From: Candidatus Alectryocaccobium stercorigallinarum | GTDB lineage: Bacteria; Bacillota; Clostridia; Lachnospirales; Lachnospiraceae | Reading direction: 5' to 3' | DNA: 42,870 nucleotides | Assembly: GCA_018713465.1 (NCBI GenBank) | Contig: DVOP01000025.1 | Span: forward strand, 1 to 42,870 | Part shown: positions 29,856-40,315 of the stretch, piece after piece | Layout of the letters: each line of letters starts with the position of its first letter | How positions within the stretch are numbered: position 1 is the stretch's first letter | The notes under the pieces: model-generated | Seen by the model: the letters and a program-made list of their open reading frames with translations, nothing else | Told to the model about the DNA's origin: nothing | The model's database searches: none | Position numbers and translations under genes: made by a program

Positions 29856-31171
29856 TAAATCTCTCCAAGCTGGAGCGTCAGCTCTATCGGCGTGTAGCCT
29901 CCGGCCACCTGTCTCATCACCGATATATTTACCGCCGTTCCGGGTTCATATGTTTTCAATAATTCGATATACTGCTCCATTGACATTATCTGATTTCCGT
30001 CAACGGCAGTGATTATATCATATTCCATCATTCCTGACATCATAGCAGGCGAATTTTCAGCAATCGAAGTAACGATTATACCTCTCGGGATACCGGTCTC
30101 CTCGTTTATCTGCTCCGTTACGCTGCTTCCTCTGACTCCCGCATACGCCCTCGCTTCGTTATTCGAAAGCGTTTCTATAAGGTCCCTTATTCCGGAAATG
30201 GACAGCGCTGTCATCGTCGTACTGCTTACGGCGTCGGCCTTTTCGGAGGTTATTCCGATCACATTGCCGTCAAGATCCAGTACGATACCGATACCCTGCG
30301 AACCGTCCGGAATATTAGTCGTAAGTATCCTGTACTCCGTATCATACAGTGAAATTATATTTGAGGAAGACGTTACCGAACCGTACGCGATATAATCGTC
30401 ATAGCCGTCCGGATTGCCTATTACGATTATAGGATCTCCTGTCCTTACCATAGACGATGTGCCGAAAGACGACGGAGCCACATTCGAAAGTATCTCCTCC
30501 GGAATACCCTCTTTTTCGACCTTGATAACGGCAAATCCCGTATTCGGGTCGCTTCTTTGCAGCGCGCCGTTCGCGCTGTATTTATCTTCAAAGGTAACGC
30601 GGATATTTGCGACATTCTCGATAATATCATAATATGTCAGGATATAAAACTCATTTTGGCTTTCGGCCACGATGAGTCCTATGTTCATCTGCTCGTTTTC
30701 ATACGACTCGTTGAAATAATCAAGCTGGCTCGTTATTCCGGTCACTGTGACCAGCGATTTCTGCGCTTCCGCCGCTATGCCGTGCATTTGCGAATACAGC
30801 TGCTCGTATTTATCAAGCGTCAGATCTGTATCATATATTATCTCGGTCACTATCTCGGATTGCTCCGACGTCTCTTCCGATGATGAAACGGAAGTATCCG
30901 AGTTTTCCGACGGCGAATTATCCGAAACATCTTTATCAGATGAATCGTCTTCGATAGAAACCTTCGGGTCATCGGCGTCCGGGCCGCCTATGGCAAAGCT
31001 CACTCCCTTATAAGCAAACGCAAAAATAACGCCGGCCACAAGCGCTGCCGCCGCCGCTACCGCGATAACATATATGGCTTTTGTCACCAGAGATTTTTTG
31101 CTTTTCTTTTTCTCTTTTACTACTTCTTTAATAAATTCAGGATCTTTATTTTTGTCATTTCCGTTTTCCAT
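29855..31171 (-). CDS. membrane-anchored HtrA/S1C-like protein with a C-terminal PDZ domain
   Basis: 438 aa. One N-terminal TM helix, an acidic Ser/Asp/Glu-rich linker, a trypsin-like core (IVIGNPDGY, DGSQGIGIVLDLDGNVIGI) and a PDZ domain (GIIVTSIAENSPA...DIITAVDG). GGAGGA lies upstream. Confidence 0.7.
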   Translation of the reverse strand: MENGNDKNKDPEFIKEVVKEKKKSKKSLVTKAIYVIAVAAAAALVAGVIFAFAYKGVSFAIGGPDADDPKVSIEDDSSDKDVSDNSPSENSDTSVSSSEETSEQSEIVTEIIYDTDLTLDKYEQLYSQMHGIAAEAQKSLVTVTGITSQLDYFNESYENEQMNIGLIVAESQNEFYILTYYDIIENVANIRVTFEDKYSANGALQRSDPNTGFAVIKVEKEGIPEEILSNVAPSSFGTSSMVRTGDPIIVIGNPDGYDDYIAYGSVTSSSNIISLYDTEYRILTTNIPDGSQGIGIVLDLDGNVIGITSEKADAVSSTTMTALSISGIRDLIETLSNNEARAYAGVRGSSVTEQINEETGIPRGIIVTSIAENSPAMMSGMMEYDIITAVDGNQIMSMEQYIELLKTYEPGTAVNISVMRQVAGGYTPIELTLQLGEI

Positions 31172-31313
31172 CCCAAATCCTCCGATTAAAGCTGATTTAT
31201 TTTAGCAAAGTTATATGAACAATTTATGAATATATGTTATATATATGCTTTCCTAAGTTAAAACAATGGTGTAAAATAACACTGAATAGTCATACATGAA
31301 AGGCAATATATAA

Positions 31314-33695
31314 TTGAACGGCAAAGTTTTAAAAACTCTTGAATATAATAAAATAATCGACAGGCTTGAATCGCACGCGGACAGTGAAAGCGGAAAGACT
31401 CTGTGCCGTACCCTGCTCCCGTCGTCGGATATCGAGCTGATACGCACTATGCAGGCCGAGACCTCGTCTGCACTTTCACGCATTTTAAAGAACGGAAATA
31501 TTTCTTTTTCGTCCGCGTATGACCTTAATATACAGCTGAAACGCCTCGAACTCGGCGGCGTATTGAACGCGTCCGAGCTTCTTAAGGTATCGGCTCTTTT
31601 AGAAAACGCGGCGCTTGTAAAAAAATACGGCAAGAAAGACAGAAATTCAACCGAAGACGACTGTCTCGACGCGCTGTTCGATTCCATCGTTCCCGTTGAA
31701 AAGCTCTCCGCCGAAATAAGGCGCTGCATAATCGACGAAAACGAAATAAGCGATTCCGCGAGCCCCGCGCTTTCAAAAATACGCAGGAGCATAAAAAACA
31801 CCGAGGGCAGGATACACGCCCAGCTCAACAGCATGCTCAACAGTTCGGTCAGGACTTATCTTCAGGATTCAGTCATAACCATGCGCAACGGCAGATACTG
31901 TATTCCCGTCAAATCAGAATACCGCTCCGCCGTTCCCGGAATGATACACGACCAGTCGTCCTCCGGCTCTACCGTTTTTATAGAGCCGATGGCGGTCATT
32001 AAGCTGAACAACGATATACGTCAGCTTGAAGCCGACGAAGAAAAGGAAATCGAAGCGATATTGGCTTCATTGAGCAGGGACGTATTCGAAAGTTCCGGAA
32101 TAATAAAAACAAACTCGGAGCTGCTTATAAAACTGGATTTTATTTTCGCAAGAGCCTCTCTCGCGCTTGAAATGAACGCCGTGGAACCGGTTTTCAACGA
32201 GAACGGCTATATAAACTTAAAAAAAGCAAGACACCCGCTTATCGATAGGAAAACTGTAGTTCCTACAGATATCCGCATAGGCGATGATTTTGACCTGCTT
32301 ATAATCACCGGACCGAATACCGGCGGAAAAACCGTCGCTTTAAAAACTATCGGACTTTTGACGCTTATGGGACAGTCGGGACTTCACATACCCGCTCTTT
32401 CCCAGTCGCAGCTTACTGTCTTCGACGAAATATACGCCGACATCGGCGATGAACAAAGTATCGAACAATCTCTCAGTACGTTTTCATCTCATATGAAAAA
32501 CGTCATTTCAATAATAGAACAGGCCAATGAAAGATCGTTCGTGCTGTTCGATGAATTAGGCGCCGGTACAGACCCTGTAGAGGGAGCCGCTCTCGCCCAG
32601 TCCGTCCTTGAGTTCCTGCACAAAAGACATATACGTACTATCGCGACGACCCATTACAGCGAGCTAAAGCTCTACGCGCTTTCAGCCGCCGGAGTTGAAA
32701 ACGCCTCATGCGAATTCGACGTCCAGACGTTAAAGCCCACATACCGCCTGCTCATAGGAATACCCGGGAAGAGCAACGCCTTTGCGATCTCCGAAAAATT
32801 AGGGCTTCCATCGCATATAATAGAAAACGCAAAGACACTCATCAAAGAACAGGACGAATCATTCGAGGACGTTATATCAAAGCTTGAAAAAAGCCGTGTC
32901 GAGCTCGAACGCGAGCAGGACGAAATAAAGCGTCTTAAGGCCGAGGCCGAAAACATTCGTAAAAATCTCGAAACCAGAGAAAAAGAATTTACGGAAAAAA
33001 GATCTGATAAAATACAGAAAGCTAACGAAGAAGCGTTCGCCGTACTCAAAGAGGCAAAGGACTACGCCGATTCGATAATGCGGCTCTTCCAGAAATCAGC
33101 CGCCTCCAACCCCAAAGTGCGCGAGCTTGAAAAAGCGCGCGATTCATTAAGGGATAAAATGAACAAGGCCGCCGGAGGCATGAGCATACAGCCCGAAAAG
33201 CAAAAAGCCGGAAAACAGCTCAAGCCGTCGGATATACAGGTCGGTGAAAGCGTCCGCGTTCTCAGCATGAACCTTAAAGGCACGGTGTCCGCAAGGCCGG
33301 ACAGCAAAGGCTATGTGCTCGTTCAGATGGGAATAATGAGCTCAAAGGTGCATATCTCCGACCTTGAGATAATCGACGAAGACGGCCCAACTAAGCCGGG
33401 CTTTTCAAAAAACAGCGGCGGCGGAAAACTGAAATTTTCCAAGTCTCTGACGGTATCTCCCGAAATAAACCTTATCGGCAAAACGGTAGACGAGGCCATA
33501 GCACAGCTCGATAAATATCTCGACGACGCATATATGGCCCATCTTTCGGAGGTGCGGGTAGTCCACGGAAAAGGCACGGGGGCTTTAAGGAACGGCGTAC
33601 ACGCTTTTCTTAAAAGCCTGTCGACCGTAAAAGAATTTCATCTGGCCGCCTACGGCGAAGGCGACGCCGGAGTTACAATAGTCAAATTCAAATAG
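31314..33695 (+). CDS. mutS2: endonuclease MutS2 (MutS domain + C-terminal Smr)
   Basis: 793 aa with a TTG start. Walker A ITGPNTGGKT, DELGAGTDP, and an Smr tail (VRVVHGKGTGALR). Confidence 0.92.
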   Translation: MNGKVLKTLEYNKIIDRLESHADSESGKTLCRTLLPSSDIELIRTMQAETSSALSRILKNGNISFSSAYDLNIQLKRLELGGVLNASELLKVSALLENAALVKKYGKKDRNSTEDDCLDALFDSIVPVEKLSAEIRRCIIDENEISDSASPALSKIRRSIKNTEGRIHAQLNSMLNSSVRTYLQDSVITMRNGRYCIPVKSEYRSAVPGMIHDQSSSGSTVFIEPMAVIKLNNDIRQLEADEEKEIEAILASLSRDVFESSGIIKTNSELLIKLDFIFARASLALEMNAVEPVFNENGYINLKKARHPLIDRKTVVPTDIRIGDDFDLLIITGPNTGGKTVALKTIGLLTLMGQSGLHIPALSQSQLTVFDEIYADIGDEQSIEQSLSTFSSHMKNVISIIEQANERSFVLFDELGAGTDPVEGAALAQSVLEFLHKRHIRTIATTHYSELKLYALSAAGVENASCEFDVQTLKPTYRLLIGIPGKSNAFAISEKLGLPSHIIENAKTLIKEQDESFEDVISKLEKSRVELEREQDEIKRLKAEAENIRKNLETREKEFTEKRSDKIQKANEEAFAVLKEAKDYADSIMRLFQKSAASNPKVRELEKARDSLRDKMNKAAGGMSIQPEKQKAGKQLKPSDIQVGESVRVLSMNLKGTVSARPDSKGYVLVQMGIMSSKVHISDLEIIDEDGPTKPGFSKNSGGGKLKFSKSLTVSPEINLIGKTVDEAIAQLDKYLDDAYMAHLSEVRVVHGKGTGALRNGVHAFLKSLSTVKEFHLAAYGEGDAGVTIVKFK

Positions 33696-33718
33696 AAGTT
33701 ATAACCCGGAGGGTCAAA

Positions 33719-34429
33719 ATGCTTAACAGACAAAAAGTATTGATAGTAGACGACGACAACAACATAGCAGAGCTTATCTCGCTGTATCTTACAAAAGAAT
33801 TCTTCGACTGCATGATAGTAAACGACGGCGAAGAGGCGCTCAATGCTTTTTCCACCTTCACCCCCGATATCATACTGCTCGACCTTATGCTTCCCGGCAT
33901 AGACGGCTACCAGGTATGCCGCTCCATAAGGCAGATATCGAACACCCCAATAATCATGATGTCCGCGAAAGGCGAGGTCTTCGACAAGGTGCTCGGTCTT
34001 GAGCTCGGCGCCGACGACTATATAATAAAGCCGTTCGATTCCAAGGAAATGGTCGCAAGAATAAAGGCGGTCTTAAGAAGATACAGCGCCGCCTCTCAGC
34101 CCAAGGAGCCGGCTCCAGCCGAAAAGGGCAAATATGTGGAATATCCCGACCTGAAGGTCAGCTTGTCAAACTATTCCGTTACATACAAGGGCAAGACGGT
34201 CGACATGCCGCCAAAGGAGCTCGAACTGCTCTACTTCCTCGCTTCATCACCGAATCAGGTGTTCACGCGCGAGCAGCTTCTGGACAATATATGGGGATAT
34301 GAATATCTCGGCGATACGCGTACCGTCGACGTGCATATAAAACGTCTGCGCGAAAAAATAAAGGATCACCCCAACTGGTCGCTGAGCACCGTATGGGGCG
34401 TCGGATATAAATTTGAGGTTAAAAATTAA
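33719..34429 (+). CDS. OmpR-family response regulator
   Basis: 236 aa. A canonical receiver (VLIVDDD, ILLDLMLPGIDG, KPF) and a winged-helix output domain (TVDVHIKRLREK, VWGVGYKF). Confidence 0.92.
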   Translation: MLNRQKVLIVDDDNNIAELISLYLTKEFFDCMIVNDGEEALNAFSTFTPDIILLDLMLPGIDGYQVCRSIRQISNTPIIMMSAKGEVFDKVLGLELGADDYIIKPFDSKEMVARIKAVLRRYSAASQPKEPAPAEKGKYVEYPDLKVSLSNYSVTYKGKTVDMPPKELELLYFLASSPNQVFTREQLLDNIWGYEYLGDTRTVDVHIKRLREKIKDHPNWSLSTVWGVGYKFEVKN

Positions 34430-35847
34430 TGAAGCATAAGCTTTCTTTAAAATTCATCTTTCTGTATATCGCCATAGCCGTCGCTTCCTTTATCCTGATA
34501 TCGACGCTCGGCAGCTCTCTCGTATGCAAGTGGATAATCTCAAACGAAAGCTTCGGCATGTACGAGACCGCTAACCAGATAGCCGACCAGTATCATAACA
34601 AGTCGATATCCACAAAGAGCGAGACCGATTATTCCGCGTTGGACATAATAGCGGTCAAAGACGATATTCAAGTTCAGATAATAAGCAGCACGGGCTCGGT
34701 CTACCTCGACACGTCCAAAGACTACGCCGATGACTATTCATACGCCATAGCCGATTTCGACCCGTCCGAATTTGATTCCGGATACTATGTTATCGGGGAT
34801 TTTTTCGGCACGTTCAGCGAAGACACGATGAGCGTCCTTGTTCCCATCGCCTCAAATATGTCGATAAGGGGATATGTCGCGGTCCATATGCCGATGAGCG
34901 AAGTATACGCGGAACGCGAATCCATACTTCTGAACCTGCATATCGTCGAAGTCACTATCCTGCTGTTCACCCTGTCGATAATCATAATGATGAACATATG
35001 GATATTTAAACCCGTAAAGAAAATCACTTTAGCCGCCCGGCAGATAGCCGCCGGAAATTACAAGGATAAGCTTGTCATAAAGCAAAACGACGAAATGGGA
35101 TATCTCGCGGAAACGCTCAACTATATGGCGTCCGAGATGAACGAAGCAAGCGAAAACCAGCACAAGTTCATCTCCAACGTCTCCCACGACTTCCGTTCGC
35201 CCCTTACGTCTATAAAGGGATATGTCGAAGCAATAAAAGACAAAGTCATACCGTACGAAATGCAGGATAAATATTTAGACATTATCCTGTCCGAAACGAA
35301 ACGCCTTACAAAGCTTACACAGGAGCTTCTTTCGCTTGATAATATAGACAGTCGCGTCCGCAAGATGAACTATACGGACTTCAACATAAACAAGCTTATA
35401 AAAGACACCGCGCTTTCGTTTGAAATAACATGCCTGAACAAAAACATAACGTTCAAGCTTTCGCTTGAAGGCAGCGAACTGATGGTAAACGCCGATTACG
35501 GCAAGATACAGCAGGTTATGTACAACCTTATCGACAACGCGATAAAATTCAGCCCTAACGATTCAACAATAGACATCGAAACGACATACAGGAATAAAAA
35601 AGTATACGTTTCGGTAAAGGATCACGGGATAGGCATATCCAGCAAGGATCTGCCGAAGATATGGAACCGCTTCTACAAAGCCGATTCCTCAAGAGGAAAA
35701 GACAGGACCGGATCAGGTCTCGGACTTTCCATAGTCCGGGAGATAATCCAGTCCCATGATCAAAAGATAACCGTCGTCAGCACCGAAGGCGTCGGCACCG
35801 AATTTTACTTTACATTGAACGCTTCAGAATCGAATGATGAAGATTAA
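34429..35847 (+). CDS. sensor histidine kinase (2 TM, HAMP, HisKA, HATPase_c)
   Basis: 472 aa. H-box FISNVSHDFRSPLT, N-box YNLIDNAIKFS, and G-boxes DHGIGI / GSGLGLSIV. The start overlaps the response regulator stop (TAATG). Confidence 0.92.
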   Translation: MKHKLSLKFIFLYIAIAVASFILISTLGSSLVCKWIISNESFGMYETANQIADQYHNKSISTKSETDYSALDIIAVKDDIQVQIISSTGSVYLDTSKDYADDYSYAIADFDPSEFDSGYYVIGDFFGTFSEDTMSVLVPIASNMSIRGYVAVHMPMSEVYAERESILLNLHIVEVTILLFTLSIIIMMNIWIFKPVKKITLAARQIAAGNYKDKLVIKQNDEMGYLAETLNYMASEMNEASENQHKFISNVSHDFRSPLTSIKGYVEAIKDKVIPYEMQDKYLDIILSETKRLTKLTQELLSLDNIDSRVRKMNYTDFNINKLIKDTALSFEITCLNKNITFKLSLEGSELMVNADYGKIQQVMYNLIDNAIKFSPNDSTIDIETTYRNKKVYVSVKDHGIGISSKDLPKIWNRFYKADSSRGKDRTGSGLGLSIVREIIQSHDQKITVVSTEGVGTEFYFTLNASESNDED

Positions 35848-38800
35848 CTTAACATTTCAAATAACGAGATCTGGTCGGATTCGGGCAGATCTTTTAATAT
35901 GCCTATCTGAACGAGATAATTAATTACCGTTTTGCTTATCTTCGTCCTGTTCCTGAAGTCCTCCTGCGAGATGAACCTGCCTCTTGCGGCTTCCGCTGCC
36001 ACGGCGTCGGCAGCCTTGTCTCCAAGTCCGTCTATAGAATCAAGCGCCGGAAGCAGCTTTCCGTCCTTTATCTTAAACTTGTGCGCGTTTGACTCATATA
36101 CGTCCACCGGCGCAAAGTCAAAACCTCTCGCATACATTTCCCTTACTATCTTCATATCGCGCAGTGTATCCTGCTCTTTTTTCGAAAGCTCGTTTATGCG
36201 CGCGGTGTAGTCTTCAATGTACTGCAGCAGCCTCTCGCGTCCCCTGCACATTATGTCGTAATTAAAGGCGGACGCCCTTATCGAGAAAAACGCCGCATAA
36301 TAAGCCAGCGGATAATATATCTTATACCACGCTATCCTGTACGCCATCATAACGTATGCCGCGGCATGCGCTTTCGGGAACATGTATTTGATCTTCTTGC
36401 ACGACCATATATACCAGTCCGGAACGTCGTGCGCTTTCATCTCTTCTTCCCACTCGTGCTTAAGACCCTTTCCTTTTCTGACGCTCTCCATGATCGTAAA
36501 GGCCAGCTCGCTTTCAAGCCCTTTTCCGATGAGATATATCATTATATCGTCACGCGTACATATGGCCGTAGATATTGTGGCGTTGCCCTCGGCAATAAGC
36601 GTTTTGGCGTTGCCTATCCAAACGTCCGTGCCGTGCGAAAGGCCCGATATCCTTATAAGGTCTGAAAAAGATTCCGGCTTGGTGTCGAGAAGCATTTGTA
36701 TAACGAATTCTGTTCCGAACTCGGGCACTCCTAGACACCCGAGCTGGCAGCCGCCTATATCCTTTGGAGTTATGCCAAGCGCCTCCGTCGACTTGAAAAG
36801 GCTCATTACCTTTGGCTCGTCGAGCGGTATATCCTTCGCGCTCGTTCCGGTGAGGTCCTCGAGCATTTTTATCATCGTAGGATCATCGTGTCCGAGTATA
36901 TCGAGCTTCAGAAGGTTCTCATCTATCGAGTGATAATCAAAATGCGTCGTGATTATGTCGCTCGTCATATCGTTGGCCGGGTGCTGTACCGGCGTGAACG
37001 AGTTTATATCCTCCCCGTGCGGAAGGACTATTATTCCGCCCGGATGCTGTCCGGTCGTTCTTCTTATCCCTGTGCAGCCCTTAACTATCCTGTCGGTCTC
37101 ACAGCCGCGCTTGGCTATGCCCTTTTCCTCAAAATATTTTTTGACAAAACCGTACGCCGTCTTTTCCGCGAGCGTGCCGATAGTTCCGGCGCGGAAGGTC
37201 TGTCCCTCTCCGAAGATGACCTCGGTATACTTGTGGGCGTTGCTCTGATACTCTCCCGAAAAGTTAAGGTCAATATCAGGCTCTTTATTTCCCTTGAATC
37301 CGAGGAAGGTTTCAAACGGGATATCAAAGCCCATCTTCTTAAGCGGGTGTCCGCACTTCGGACAGAGCTTATCCGGCATATCCACGCCGCAGCGTCCGGC
37401 GTATGAAAGCACTTCTTCGGATTCAAAATCCACATAATGGCACTCCGGACACAGATAGTGGGCGCTCAGCGGATTTACCTCCGTTATACCCGCCATCGTC
37501 GCAACGAACGAAGAACCTACCGAACCTCTCGAGCCTACAAGATACCCGTCGTCGTTCGACTTCCATACGAGCTTCTGCGCTATTATATACATAACGGCGT
37601 AACCGTTTGAGATTATGGAATTCAGCTCCCTTTCAAGCCGGTCTGTCACAACCTTAGGCAGCTCTTCCCCGTATATCCTGTGAGCCTCGTCGTAGCATAT
37701 GCGGCGCAGATCCTTGTCCGAATTTTCGATGACAGGCGGGAACTTTCCCTTCCTTATCGGAGATATCTTCTCGCACATATCCGCGATAAGCTGAGGATTC
37801 TTTATAACGACATTGTTCGCCTCTGTCTCGCCCAAATAAGAAAATTCGTCCAGCATTTCCTGAGTCGTATGCAGATAAAGCGGCGCCTGGTTGTCCGCGT
37901 CCGAATATCCCTGCCCGAACATGATGATACGTCTGTATACCTCGTCGTCCGGATCGAGGAAATGCACGTCGCCGGTAGCAACGACCGGCTTATTGAATTC
38001 TTCGCCGAGCCTTAAAATCTTTTTATTTATATCCCTGAGATCGTCCTCAGACATAACGCTTTCGGTACGTTCGTCCTTGATAAGGAAAGCGCTGTTGCCT
38101 ACAGGCTGGATCTCCAGATAATCATAATAATCGACTATAGAACTTATCTCCTGCCCCGAAGCACCTCTTACGATGGCCGAATGGAGCTCTCCCGACGCGC
38201 AGGCTGTTCCGAGGATAAGACCCTCCCTGTATTTCGTAAACACTGATTTCGGAACAAGCGGGTGCCTGTAAAAATATTTCAAATGCGATTCCGAAATTAT
38301 CCTGTAAAGGTTGACTCTTCCGATCTCGTTTTTAACGAGCACCACCGCGTGGTTGGAATGCAGATGTCTTATGGCGTCGGCCGAAAGCACCGCTTTTTCA
38401 TTCAGCGCCGTAAGATCCGTTATATCCTGCTCCGCAAGCATTGCACAAAGCTTTATAAATATGTTGGCCGTTGCCTCGGCGTCGTCCACCGCCCTGTGAT
38501 GGTTTCCAAGATGGACGCCCAAATGCTTCGCTATCGTATCGAGCTTGAACCTTGAAAGCCTCGGGAGCAGATACCTTGAAAGAGATACCGTATCTACAAC
38601 GGTAGGCTCAAAATCCAAACCGAGATCCGCAGCGTTTTTCTTTACAAACGAGCAGTCGAAGCCCGCGTTGTGGGCCACAAGTACGGCGCCGTTACAAAAC
38701 TCCAAAAACTCCGGAAGTATGTCTTCTATCGTACGGCTTCCTACTACCATAGAATCATTTATCCCCGTCAGCTGCTCGATACGCAGCGGTATCGGAGTCT

Positions 38801-40310
38801 CAGGATTTACAAACGTGGAATATCTTCCGACTATCTTCTGTCCTTCGACTTTTACCGCCCCTATCTCTATTATTTTAGAACTGTCGGGTGAAAATCCCGT
38901 CGTCTCAAGGTCAAATACGACATACGTATCGTCGAGGCTCTGTCCCTTGGGATTTTGTATGAGCTTCTTTGTGTCGTCTACTATGTAGATCTCGCATCCG
39001 TATATGACTTTAAACGGCGACGATATCTTTTTAAGCTCGTCCTTGGAAACCTCGGGGTGCTCCTTCGCGTAGTTGTCCCTGTATTTCTTATCGATATCCT
39101 CCATCGCGTGGTTGGCGTCCGGGAAAGCCTGTACAACGCCGTGATCTGTAAGCGCGATAGCCGGGTGTCCCCATTCATACGCGCGCTTTACAAGGACAGC
39201 AGCGTCCGTAACGCCGTCCATATCGCTCATCTTGGAGTGGCAGTGCAGTTCTACCCTCTTTTGAGCGCTCAAGTCTTTCCTTGTCTCCTTAAACGGAGCG
39301 GTCTCCTTTATTCCCGAAACGAAAGAGATATTGACCTCGTTCGTGAACGAATCCATCGAAGCCTTGCCCTTTATCTTAAGTATCTTTCCTTTTTTGATTT
39401 TAGGCGCTACTTCGTCGTATTTTTCCGGATCGAGGAACATTTTTACCTGTATGGAATCGGTATAATCCGTGACCGAGAATATAAAAAGCTTTTTCCCACT
39501 CTTAAGGTCGCGGCTGTCTGTATCCATTACCTCGCCTTTTATGACGACGATACCCGGACTTTCGTCAAGGTCGCATATCTGCACCGAATCCTCTTTTATA
39601 TCATATCCGTACAAGACATCGGGATCCTGTTTATCCGCTTTTCTTGAATGCTTTACCGGCTTTTCCGCCTCTTTATCTTTTGCGGCTTCCGCCTCGGCAA
39701 CCTCGCCCGCAGCCTCGTTTACTTTCGCATGAGAAACTATCTCTTCGACACGGGCGCGAAGCGCCTCGTCCTCTGATCTGTCGGCAGCGCTTTTGCCATT
39801 ATTTTCATAATACTTTATTTTCAGTTCAATATCAAAGCCCGCCCTGCTGCGGAAAACCTCGTACAAAAAGTCCGTAAGCTCGGCCTCCATACCGCCAAAC
39901 AGAGCGCTGCTTTTTATTTTCAAAGTTATTTCCGTATCATAAAAATCAACCTCGGCATCATTTAAAATATGGGCGAGCACATGGCTTTTTTCGCCAAGCT
40001 CATATACCATACTGCGCCTGTAGTTTTCAAAAAAAGTCTCCGGCGTATACTGGCTTGACAATATGAAACGCTCGTGGATATAAACCGATATCCGGTAGCC
40101 TTTAAAAAGCTGCCTTTTAATCAGTTTCTCGAGCTTGTACAAATGCGCTTTATGTATCCACTGGTGTGAACATATATAAATATTGAGCGCGTCCTTATCC
40201 CTGTTCAGGCACACTCTTTCAACTTCTATAAAATCGGTTATCCTCGAAAGCTTTTCGTCAAGCTCCACGTCGCGGAATACCTCTTTAAACTTCTTAAAAC
40301 CATTTGCCAT
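35844..40310 (-). CDS. polC: DNA polymerase III PolC-type alpha subunit
   Basis: About 1488 aa. A PHP domain interrupted by a DEDD exonuclease (VVFDLETTGF, HNAGFDCSF, HRAVDDA), then the Pol III core. I chose the ATG at 40310; an in-frame TTG at 40325 is possible but would overlap the ispG stop. Confidence 0.93.
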   Translation of the reverse strand: MANGFKKFKEVFRDVELDEKLSRITDFIEVERVCLNRDKDALNIYICSHQWIHKAHLYKLEKLIKRQLFKGYRISVYIHERFILSSQYTPETFFENYRRSMVYELGEKSHVLAHILNDAEVDFYDTEITLKIKSSALFGGMEAELTDFLYEVFRSRAGFDIELKIKYYENNGKSAADRSEDEALRARVEEIVSHAKVNEAAGEVAEAEAAKDKEAEKPVKHSRKADKQDPDVLYGYDIKEDSVQICDLDESPGIVVIKGEVMDTDSRDLKSGKKLFIFSVTDYTDSIQVKMFLDPEKYDEVAPKIKKGKILKIKGKASMDSFTNEVNISFVSGIKETAPFKETRKDLSAQKRVELHCHSKMSDMDGVTDAAVLVKRAYEWGHPAIALTDHGVVQAFPDANHAMEDIDKKYRDNYAKEHPEVSKDELKKISSPFKVIYGCEIYIVDDTKKLIQNPKGQSLDDTYVVFDLETTGFSPDSSKIIEIGAVKVEGQKIVGRYSTFVNPETPIPLRIEQLTGINDSMVVGSRTIEDILPEFLEFCNGAVLVAHNAGFDCSFVKKNAADLGLDFEPTVVDTVSLSRYLLPRLSRFKLDTIAKHLGVHLGNHHRAVDDAEATANIFIKLCAMLAEQDITDLTALNEKAVLSADAIRHLHSNHAVVLVKNEIGRVNLYRIISESHLKYFYRHPLVPKSVFTKYREGLILGTACASGELHSAIVRGASGQEISSIVDYYDYLEIQPVGNSAFLIKDERTESVMSEDDLRDINKKILRLGEEFNKPVVATGDVHFLDPDDEVYRRIIMFGQGYSDADNQAPLYLHTTQEMLDEFSYLGETEANNVVIKNPQLIADMCEKISPIRKGKFPPVIENSDKDLRRICYDEAHRIYGEELPKVVTDRLERELNSIISNGYAVMYIIAQKLVWKSNDDGYLVGSRGSVGSSFVATMAGITEVNPLSAHYLCPECHYVDFESEEVLSYAGRCGVDMPDKLCPKCGHPLKKMGFDIPFETFLGFKGNKEPDIDLNFSGEYQSNAHKYTEVIFGEGQTFRAGTIGTLAEKTAYGFVKKYFEEKGIAKRGCETDRIVKGCTGIRRTTGQHPGGIIVLPHGEDINSFTPVQHPANDMTSDIITTHFDYHSIDENLLKLDILGHDDPTMIKMLEDLTGTSAKDIPLDEPKVMSLFKSTEALGITPKDIGGCQLGCLGVPEFGTEFVIQMLLDTKPESFSDLIRISGLSHGTDVWIGNAKTLIAEGNATISTAICTRDDIMIYLIGKGLESELAFTIMESVRKGKGLKHEWEEEMKAHDVPDWYIWSCKKIKYMFPKAHAAAYVMMAYRIAWYKIYYPLAYYAAFFSIRASAFNYDIMCRGRERLLQYIEDYTARINELSKKEQDTLRDMKIVREMYARGFDFAPVDVYESNAHKFKIKDGKLLPALDSIDGLGDKAADAVAAEAARGRFISQEDFRNRTKISKTVINYLVQIGILKDLPESDQISLFEMLS

Positions 40311-40315
40311 CTGTT

